DNA of 64,000 nt from Spirochaetales bacterium (GTDB taxonomy: Bacteria; Spirochaetota; Spirochaetia; JAIPGG01): the NCBI GenBank assembly GCA_021736255.1, contig JAIPGG010000004.1:3747-67746 (forward strand). The letters run 5' to 3'. The translations under genes and the position numbers were made by a program. Of the stretch, positions 26,851 to 34,292 are shown piece by piece. Each line of letters begins with the position of its first letter. Positions within the stretch are counted from its first letter, which is position 1. The notes below the pieces were generated by a model, which saw nothing but the letters and a program-made list of their open reading frames with translations, was not told the origin of the DNA and did no database searches.

Positions 26851-27011
26851 ATCAGGCTTGTCACGCTTGTCATGTATCGATTTTGTCATGCATCGCTCTC
26901 GAAAACAGCTAAACAACCTGTTTCCACAAGCTTCGTACCAGCCGGCAGCCCGAACCATGATTCAACCACCGACTGCTTGACAAAAGCCCCTCCCCTATCT
27001 ACTCTAGCGCC

Positions 27012-29576
27012 ATGCAGTTTCCCCAGAAACGATACCTTTCCGTTCAAATAGTGATTGCCCTTACGATCCTGATTGCAGCAGCATTGGGCGTCGGTCTGGG
27101 TTACATCCTCTCCGGTACGGCAAACATAAAATATACAGAAGAATTCGGCGAATACGAACAGGCTCTCCCCACCCAGGTCCTGGACCGAAACGGAAGACTG
27201 ATAACAGAATTCTTTTCCGAAGAAAAGCGGGAAATCGTCGCAATCGACGAGCTGCCCGAACACTTGATTTTTGCCCTGATTACTCGGGAGGACAAAGGCT
27301 TTTTCAAGCACAACGGTTTCAGTTTGAAACACACAGTACGAGCTGTATTTCAGATTGTAACCGGTCAGCTGTTTTCCGGGGGAAGCACGATAACCCAACA
27401 GCTGGCAGGACATCTTTATGCCGACCGGTCGGAAATTTCCATTACCCGAAAACTCAAGGAACTATGGTGGGCTTTTCAACTCGAACGGCGCCTTACCAAG
27501 CTGGAGATACTCGAGCTCTATCTTAACAAGATGCCCTTCGGCCACAACACCTACGGCGTACAAGCGGCTTCAGAGTTTTACTTCAATCACCCGGCAACGG
27601 AAATGACCCTTGCCGAATCAGCTATGCTCGTTATCCAACTCGTCCGTCCCGGCCTCTATTCTCCTATACGCCACCCGAACCGGGCCCAACGAGTTCAATA
27701 CGAAATCCTCAACCAAATGGTCGAGCTCGGGTACACCGACAGAGAGACCGCAGAACGTTCATATCAGGAATACTGGAACAGTTACGACTATACGCGATCC
27801 AATACCACCACTGCCTTCTTTGAACGGAAAGACAAGGCGCCTTATTTCAGTGAATATATCCGGGGACGCCTCGAAGAGCTCATGTACGGCTCTCTCGATA
27901 TATACAGAGACGGGTTTACCGTTCATACCACCCTCGATCTTGACTATCAACAACAGGCACAACAACTCATGTCCTCGGGAATCGCTCGAGTGAATTCCGT
28001 GTTTCAATCTCAGACCTCGAAACGGCAAAACTATGCCGAAGATAAATTCCTCCCCATAATCAACCTGCTCGGTCTGAGTTTTAACGTGGAGGATATGCAC
28101 ATTTCCACCAGTATCCAGAGCAAACGAGCAAAAGACTTCTATCACGAACAGATCAATCCTGCAGTAGACATGATCTCTCTCATGTTCGGACTGGATGATC
28201 TCAAATTCGCTTCATCCATGGCCTATTCCCAACAGGAAAAAGAGGCTGAGCGGACTACAGTACAAGGTGCATTGATTACCCTGGAAAACGGCAGCGGTCA
28301 TATTCTTGCAATGATCGGAGGCAGTCAATTTGATCGTACCAACCAGTTCAATCGGGCGGTACAAGCCAAAGTCCAACCCGGTTCGTCCTTCAAACCCTTG
28401 TACTATTCACGAGCTATCGAGTCAAAGACTTTTACCCCGGCAAGCTTTATCTACGATGCGCCTGTTGTCTTCTGGAACGACGACGGAACACCCTATACTC
28501 CTCTCAACTACCGGGGCAGATGGAGGGGCCCGGTACGTCTTCGCTTTGCCCTGGCTCACTCGATGAACGTCCCCTCCCTCAAGGTCCTCGATGCCATCGG
28601 ATTCGATGCAGCAATCGACAACGCATCCTCTCTTTTGGGAATTCACGATCCTCAGGAGATAGCGCGCAACTTTCCGAGAAAATATCCCCTCGGACTCGGA
28701 ATTATCGAGGTTGCCCCGATTCAGATGGCCCGGGCCTATGCCACCTTCCCGAACAAGGGAAAAGAAGTAATACCGATAGGCATCAGTCACATCGAAGACA
28801 ACTCGGGAAACATAATCCTCGAACCGGAAAAAGAACTTCGTTCCCGGCAGGCAAAGAAAGGCGAGGAAGCCCAGCTTCTAACCCCTCAGACTGCTTATAT
28901 TATGGTAGACATGTTGTCCACCACGGTAGAGTCGGGTACCCTCAGCTATGCCAGAAGAACTGCCGACGGGTTTCCTATGCCTATGGGCGGAAAAACCGGC
29001 ACCACCCAAAATTGGTCGGATGCCTGGGCCATGGGATTCTCTCCCTACGTGACGACTGCCGTCTGGTTCGGATTCGATCGGCCCGGCTACTCCCTGGGCA
29101 CGAATCAATCGGGAGCAGTAGCCGCCGGGCCTGTGTGGGCGCAGTACATGAAACGGATTCATCAAAATCTGGAACCCAAAGAATTCGAAAAGCCGGAGAC
29201 AGGCCTGCAGGAAGTTACGGTGTGTGCCGTCTCCGGAGATCTCCCCACCGAGTACTGTGATGAGGGGACAATCGAAGAGATTTTTCTCGATGGGACTGAA
29301 CCCGACAGCTTCTGCTCCTATCATGAATTCGAAAACCGGCGAAACAGCGTTATGGTGAAAAAGCTCGAAGACTCCATGCTGACCGAGGATCTTTCACTTC
29401 AGGACGATTTCAATACATTTTCTGAATTCGAAGAACTCGATGAATCTCTCGATTCTCTCGAGCTCGAGCTCGATGTAGCTCCGGATATGCAGCCCGGTAC
29501 CGCTCCGGACGATACCGAGTCCGAAGCCGATGAAGACCAGCGGGAAACGGATACAAGCAACCCGCTTCTGGACTAA
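27012..29576 (+). CDS. class A penicillin-binding protein (PBP1A type: glycosyltransferase plus transpeptidase)
   Basis: GT51 motifs REDKGFFKHNGF and GGSTITQQL. Transpeptidase motifs SSFKP (SxxK), SMN and KTGTT. There is an N-terminal TM anchor and an acidic C-terminal tail. Confidence 0.9.
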   Translation: MQFPQKRYLSVQIVIALTILIAAALGVGLGYILSGTANIKYTEEFGEYEQALPTQVLDRNGRLITEFFSEEKREIVAIDELPEHLIFALITREDKGFFKHNGFSLKHTVRAVFQIVTGQLFSGGSTITQQLAGHLYADRSEISITRKLKELWWAFQLERRLTKLEILELYLNKMPFGHNTYGVQAASEFYFNHPATEMTLAESAMLVIQLVRPGLYSPIRHPNRAQRVQYEILNQMVELGYTDRETAERSYQEYWNSYDYTRSNTTTAFFERKDKAPYFSEYIRGRLEELMYGSLDIYRDGFTVHTTLDLDYQQQAQQLMSSGIARVNSVFQSQTSKRQNYAEDKFLPIINLLGLSFNVEDMHISTSIQSKRAKDFYHEQINPAVDMISLMFGLDDLKFASSMAYSQQEKEAERTTVQGALITLENGSGHILAMIGGSQFDRTNQFNRAVQAKVQPGSSFKPLYYSRAIESKTFTPASFIYDAPVVFWNDDGTPYTPLNYRGRWRGPVRLRFALAHSMNVPSLKVLDAIGFDAAIDNASSLLGIHDPQEIARNFPRKYPLGLGIIEVAPIQMARAYATFPNKGKEVIPIGISHIEDNSGNIILEPEKELRSRQAKKGEEAQLLTPQTAYIMVDMLSTTVESGTLSYARRTADGFPMPMGGKTGTTQNWSDAWAMGFSPYVTTAVWFGFDRPGYSLGTNQSGAVAAGPVWAQYMKRIHQNLEPKEFEKPETGLQEVTVCAVSGDLPTEYCDEGTIEEIFLDGTEPDSFCSYHEFENRRNSVMVKKLEDSMLTEDLSLQDDFNTFSEFEELDESLDSLELELDVAPDMQPGTAPDDTESEADEDQRETDTSNPLLD

Positions 29577-29581
29577 CAGGG

Positions 29582-29983
29582 ATGAACGTACAAATAGACG
29601 AAATAATCATGAAACGTCGAGTTCGTCATGATATGGGCAATATCAACGGTTTGGTGGAGAGCATCCGCCGCTACGGATTGATGAACCCTATTGTTCTCAA
29701 CACAAACAAGGAACTCATTGCCGGGCACAGACGTCTTCAAGCAGTAAAACAGCTCGGCTGGAAATCCATACCCGCCCTGATAGTCAATACTGAAGATACA
29801 GCCGACAAACTCGAAATGGAGCTCGAAGAAAACGTACAGCGAAAAGAACTCACCCCCGAAGAAATCTCCGAGGGCTACAACCGGCTCGAGCGGTTACGGC
29901 ATCCGGGCATATTCCATAAATTTTTTCAACTCCTCGCCGGACTGTGGCGCAGACTGCTCCGGCTTCTTCGCATCAGGCATTAA
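29582..29983 (+). CDS. small ParB N-terminal-domain (ParB/Srx fold) protein
   Basis: LVESIRRYGLMNPIVL, LIAGHRRLQA (GxxR box) and EENVQRKEL (ENxxR-like). The C-terminus FFQLLAGLWRRLLRLLRI is an Arg-rich hydrophobic helix. Confidence 0.7.
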   Translation: MNVQIDEIIMKRRVRHDMGNINGLVESIRRYGLMNPIVLNTNKELIAGHRRLQAVKQLGWKSIPALIVNTEDTADKLEMELEENVQRKELTPEEISEGYNRLERLRHPGIFHKFFQLLAGLWRRLLRLLRIRH

Positions 29984-30024
29984 CCCTTGAGCTAACCCAG
30001 AGCCCGTGTCCAACCGGCCTCCAC

Positions 30025-31611
30025 TCAGGGAAGCGAGTCCATCAAATCGAGGTTCCTCGGAGAGAAAACGAGAAAACCTCCGCCTCGTTTCTGGACAAGA
30101 ATTCGCCCGTCGTCCAGTTTTCTTATAAGAGTGTCAGGATGCACCTGCTCCGAACTCACCGAAATCCGTTGAAGCTGTTCATCGAAGCTTCCGAGTTTCC
30201 ACTCTCCTCCGTCATCGACTACAGCATAGACAATTCCACGATCGAAAAGCACCTGACCGGAGGCATATACGGTGGTTGCAGAATTTTCTTTTATCTGCAA
30301 GGAAGCGGTATCGAGTAAATAAAGGCGGGAGGTATTTCTGTTTGATTCGCTCCCAACTACCAGAATTCCGTTGGAAAGAAAGTGCAGCGTCCGTCCGTAA
30401 AGAACGAGATCGTCTGCTTCAGCGATTTGCCTGGCTGAATCGAACCTGTTTTTTGTCAACCGTCCCTCGGGAGGATGAACGCCTTCCCGGAGCCGGTAAA
30501 GATATACCGTACGGCCCGAATCTTCTTCGGGAACGGCTTGCTCCGCAGGTTCTTCTTCCTCGAGCTCCTCCTGCTGATCACGAGCTATCTCTTCCCTGGA
30601 CTCTTCGATTGCTTTTTGACGATCTTCGAGTTCCTCCCGGGTTTCATCGAGCTGCTGCTGTGTCTGTTCGGCCTCTTCTTCCTGCTCTTCGAGCTCCCTC
30701 TGTCTCTGTTCGACCTCTTCGGTCCTCTGGTCTATCTGTTCGATTTCTTCCTGATCTCCCCTTTCTTCTGCTGTCTCTCTTGCCTCGGCAAGCTCAGCCT
30801 CCTCTTCTTCCAGTGCCTGCTGTTCGTCTTCTCTCTGCTGCCGGCCCTCTTCTACGGCTTCTTCCTGCGTCTCGAGCGCCTCTTCCTCTTCGGCAAGCTC
30901 CTCATCCTGGAATTCCGACATCTCTTTCCGTTCTTCCAGACCCCGATCTTCCCTTTCTTGCAACTCGGAGACTACATCCTCATCGGTTAACTCAATAGAA
31001 TCCGGTGTATCCTGGCTGGTTCCGTCTTCGGTAAGACGCCGGCGAAGCGGAATAAGCATCCGGGTACTCCCGGCCCACTGCTCATAATTTGTTGCAAGCC
31101 CGGCATTATCAGCATTCAAGTATGAATTGACGTCCGATGTGTACCTGGTTGAAAAGAAGTCCATATCTCCACGGTGAACGGCGTTGTAAAGGGTAACAAA
31201 CTCGGCCAATAAGAGAGCTTCATTCTCTTCGTAATCAAAAGAGGCAGCAAGGTATCCGGCAAGTATCGTTCGCAGATTCCGAATATGATCGACCTGAGCC
31301 TCTTCTTCAATAATGAAGATGTCCGCATCCATTCGGTTTTCTGCTTGCGGATCCACCGAGCGTATTACCCGGTATTTTCCGTAAAAAGCCTGTTCTCCTC
31401 CGCTCTCGGTCAAACCCTGTGCCAGGGCCTCACCTATATCATAAATTTCCTGATAGGTGTCTATACGCTCATAAGGGCCCTGATAATTGGTAAAACTGAT
31501 CCCGGAGGCTTCTACATCCCGCACTTCTCCCTCGTCGACTTCGAGTGCCGTCACAGCAGTCCCGATTGCCGCAAGCAAAACTATCGTCAGAATAAATATA
31601 CAGCGTTTCAT
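30025..31611 (-). CDS. exported protein with central Glu/Gln-rich coiled-coil
   Basis: Start reassigned to MKRCIFILTIVLLAAIGTAVTA (signal peptide). The central acidic low-complexity stretch is about 140 aa. Confidence 0.6.
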   Translation of the reverse strand: MKRCIFILTIVLLAAIGTAVTALEVDEGEVRDVEASGISFTNYQGPYERIDTYQEIYDIGEALAQGLTESGGEQAFYGKYRVIRSVDPQAENRMDADIFIIEEEAQVDHIRNLRTILAGYLAASFDYEENEALLLAEFVTLYNAVHRGDMDFFSTRYTSDVNSYLNADNAGLATNYEQWAGSTRMLIPLRRRLTEDGTSQDTPDSIELTDEDVVSELQEREDRGLEERKEMSEFQDEELAEEEEALETQEEAVEEGRQQREDEQQALEEEEAELAEARETAEERGDQEEIEQIDQRTEEVEQRQRELEEQEEEAEQTQQQLDETREELEDRQKAIEESREEIARDQQEELEEEEPAEQAVPEEDSGRTVYLYRLREGVHPPEGRLTKNRFDSARQIAEADDLVLYGRTLHFLSNGILVVGSESNRNTSRLYLLDTASLQIKENSATTVYASGQVLFDRGIVYAVVDDGGEWKLGSFDEQLQRISVSSEQVHPDTLIRKLDDGRILVQKRGGGFLVFSPRNLDLMDSLP

Positions 31612-31630
31612 GCTACCCCCCTGGATATGG

Positions 31631-33430
31631 TTACCTTCCGGTGCCGGTCCCGCTGCGAATAGTTTCGAGCAAGTCCAGTGCCGCCTGTCTCGTTTCACGC
31701 CGATAATCTCCGGAAAAAACCTCGAGCAAGAGTTCATACCCCGCCACGTCGGGTAGACTCCCATGATAGTGATATATTGATTCTACAGCCTTGACCACTG
31801 TATGCACAAGATGGGCTGAGCCGGAGCCGCCGTTTCCTTCGCCAATTGCAGCCCCCTCCAAAGCCCAGCGGAGCCATCGTGTCATCCTTCCGTCAGGATC
31901 CGCAGCAATAGTCCCCATACCCTCAACAGCAGCCGTCCGCACTTCAATGGAAGGGTCGAAGCGGAGAAGCTTTATCATCATATGAAGCTGGTCGAGCCCT
32001 CCGTATTCAGCAAGCAGCCGCACCGCTTCAGCTCGCCGGCCGGGGAGCATGCGCCGGTCTTGCAGCGTAAGTGCAGAACCTGCAACCTGTTCGAGTAGAT
32101 CGAGCAGCGCCCAACGCAATGTTCCCGAATGCCCTGAATTAATGTGGGCCCGCGTTTCCTCGAGAAACTGACGGTGGTCTCGGTCTTCCGGTGAATTTAC
32201 CAAGTGCCGCAAATATTGTTCCTCAATACCGCCTGGAGAGGGTGTGGGCCTGCCTTTCACGAGCCTGCCTGAACTGCCCCTGCCGGCTGGACCGCCCCTC
32301 CGGAGAGTCCATCCGGAGGCAGGAGGCGAATCTATATCCCAACCGCTCACGATCCAGTCGGAAGTTCCTGCTACCAGCACTCCTGTTTTGTTCAGAGTCA
32401 GATCCCCGGGCTTCCCCTTAACAGACTTCATTCCCAGAAAACCCCCGTCGAGACCAAAGGACATGATATAACCCGAAGAAACGGGAAGAAATATTCGGCC
32501 GTCAGCAGACCAAACAGGAAAACCTGTAATCTGCGCTCCTGCAGCCCGCTTCCACAAGACCTGTCCCCTGCCGTCGACGGCCCATGCTCCCCGGTCGAGA
32601 GCCCAAAGTGCGGTGTCTTTACCTGCGGTAATGATCATGTTGTCGGATAACAGCAGATACTCTAAACCCGCTTCCAGAAAAACCTCCCACAGGACCTCGC
32701 CTTCAGGAGAAATACGAAGAATGTATCCTCTGCCGGTAACGCAGAGTAAACCCCGATCGGCCGGAATCACGATAGAGGGAATTCCGCGTACCGGAACCTT
32801 CCAGGCCAAAACACCATTGCTGCGATAAGCCCTGACAAAACGGTCCCTGCAGGGCACAATCAGAACTCCGTTAGTTAATAAGGGATCCCCCGAAACAGGT
32901 GCCGGCAGATCCGCCCCCCATATCTGGTGCCCCTGATGGGTAAGTGCACGCAAACCACCCTTGTCATCTGCTAGATATAAAACACCGTTATGATCGATGG
33001 CCGGCCGATAGAAACTTCCGCGTTCTGTCTTTAACCGCCAGACGACTCCTCCCTGCGGGTTAACAGCGTAGAAGCTGCCGTTTTTCGTCCCGGCATATAT
33101 CGTCCCGTCAGGTCCGACAGCCAAAGAATCGGAGAGCCTTTCCGGGATTCTCTTTTGTCGAAGTTTTTTTCCGTACTCAGACAAATATACGAGGTGCCGA
33201 GGCTCCACAATCGCATAAATAGATCCATCATTACCAAAAACCGGCTGATGCATTACCCGGCCGGTAGCGGCATAATCCCAACGCTCTGTTTGCCGGGCTT
33301 CGTTTTCCTGAGCAGAAAGGGACCCGGAAAAACAGGCAAGGAAAACAGTCAGGCAGAAAAATGCCGGCAGCTTGAACGGGACCGGAGGTTTTAGAATGGC
33401 TCGATGGTGTCGGCCGGAAATCATAATCAT
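31631..33430 (-). CDS. PQQ-like beta-propeller repeat protein with C-terminal HEAT-like repeats
   Basis: Repeats of the DGTIYAGTKNGSFYAVNPQGGVVW type, then a helical C-terminal third. The start was moved to MIMISGRHH to avoid overlapping the upstream gene. A hydrophobic signal-like segment follows. Confidence 0.6.
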   Translation of the reverse strand: MIMISGRHHRAILKPPVPFKLPAFFCLTVFLACFSGSLSAQENEARQTERWDYAATGRVMHQPVFGNDGSIYAIVEPRHLVYLSEYGKKLRQKRIPERLSDSLAVGPDGTIYAGTKNGSFYAVNPQGGVVWRLKTERGSFYRPAIDHNGVLYLADDKGGLRALTHQGHQIWGADLPAPVSGDPLLTNGVLIVPCRDRFVRAYRSNGVLAWKVPVRGIPSIVIPADRGLLCVTGRGYILRISPEGEVLWEVFLEAGLEYLLLSDNMIITAGKDTALWALDRGAWAVDGRGQVLWKRAAGAQITGFPVWSADGRIFLPVSSGYIMSFGLDGGFLGMKSVKGKPGDLTLNKTGVLVAGTSDWIVSGWDIDSPPASGWTLRRGGPAGRGSSGRLVKGRPTPSPGGIEEQYLRHLVNSPEDRDHRQFLEETRAHINSGHSGTLRWALLDLLEQVAGSALTLQDRRMLPGRRAEAVRLLAEYGGLDQLHMMIKLLRFDPSIEVRTAAVEGMGTIAADPDGRMTRWLRWALEGAAIGEGNGGSGSAHLVHTVVKAVESIYHYHGSLPDVAGYELLLEVFSGDYRRETRQAALDLLETIRSGTGTGR

Positions 33431-33479
33431 GTATACTTTACCATATCCTGGCCGGGCAAGCCAGTTTCTTCGAATTCTC

Positions 33480-34223
33480 TTATCGGTGGGAACCGGTGAG
33501 GCAACCGGGCTGGAGGGGACAACCGGGGCAAAGCGGTTTGGAGCGGCAATAGTCTTTGGCAAGGTGTACGATCAAGGCATGGAATTCATTAAAAATTACT
33601 TCTGATTCCGGCAAATTTTTTTGAAACAATTCCTGTAATCCATGATATCTCAAAGAGTCGCGGGAGGTTTCATCTTTTGCGTACAGCCTGTCCACAAGCC
33701 GATTTGTATACGTATCTACTACAAACACCGGCACATGAAACCCATAGAGCAGAATCGAATCGGCCGTTTCCGGTCCGATCCCCCAGAGAGCGAGGAGCTC
33801 TTCTCGGGCAGGTATCCGCTTTCCATCGTCGAGTTTAGAAAGAAAAAACTCAGCAAGGATATGCAGTTTTCGTGCCTTCTGATTGAAATATCCGGAAGGT
33901 CTTATCAGTAGGGCCAAATCGTCTGTCTGAAGCGACAGTATATTTGCAGGATCGATAAGATCGAGCTCGTGAAGGCGGGCAAGTACTGCTTCTACATTTT
34001 TCCAGGAGGTGTTTTGGGTTAATACAGCGCCGAGGGCTACCTCGAAAGATGAAGACGCACTTCCTGGTTCCCAATAGATTTCCGGATGATAACCCCGTTC
34101 ATTGAAACCTTGCCGCTTTCTATAGGAAACAAGGGGCCACCATCCTTGAGGACCATAATATGAATAAAGAGTCCGGTATATTTTTTCCGGCGCGAACTCA
34201 TTGTATGGTGCCTGTTCCGGCAC
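33480..34223 (-). CDS. HhH-GPD superfamily DNA glycosylase (endonuclease III-related) with Fe-S cluster loop
   Basis: HhH motif LWGIGPETADSILLYG, catalytic Asp context VDTYTNR, and a C-terminal cluster CRSKPLCPGCPLQPGC. GTG start. Confidence 0.75.
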   Translation of the reverse strand: MPEQAPYNEFAPEKIYRTLYSYYGPQGWWPLVSYRKRQGFNERGYHPEIYWEPGSASSSFEVALGAVLTQNTSWKNVEAVLARLHELDLIDPANILSLQTDDLALLIRPSGYFNQKARKLHILAEFFLSKLDDGKRIPAREELLALWGIGPETADSILLYGFHVPVFVVDTYTNRLVDRLYAKDETSRDSLRYHGLQELFQKNLPESEVIFNEFHALIVHLAKDYCRSKPLCPGCPLQPGCLTGSHR

Positions 34224-34244
34224 GGTTAGTCCCTTTTGCCCATA

Positions 34245-34274
34245 CGAAAAGCAGCCGCCGTTTCCGGCGGCTGC
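34245..34274 (-). terminator. Rho-independent terminator after ppdK
   Basis: A perfect 10-bp stem GCAGCCGCCG/CGGCGGCTGC with a 4-nt loop, followed on the minus strand by TTTT. Confidence 0.7.
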
Positions 34275-34292
34275 ATGTGTTTGCCTTCTTCT

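Noticed and set aside
26722-27051. A 109-aa ORF spanning the 26701-27011 intergenic region
   Set aside because: It reads straight through a strong Rho-independent terminator and into the PBP1A start. Its composition is not protein-like and the RBS spacing is poor.
30276-30998. Plus-strand ORFs of 240 aa and 171 aa opposite the acidic coiled-coil gene
   Set aside because: They are the complement of a GAA/GAG/CAG-rich repeat region and translate to L/F/S/P-rich low-complexity strings. They are artefacts of the repeat composition.
33431-33562. An N-terminal extension of the propeller-HEAT ORF (start at 33562)
   Set aside because: The extension overlaps the 3' end of the upstream glycosylase gene by 83 nt and is Pro/Val/Ser-rich. 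An internal Met directly precedes a signal-like hydrophobic segment.
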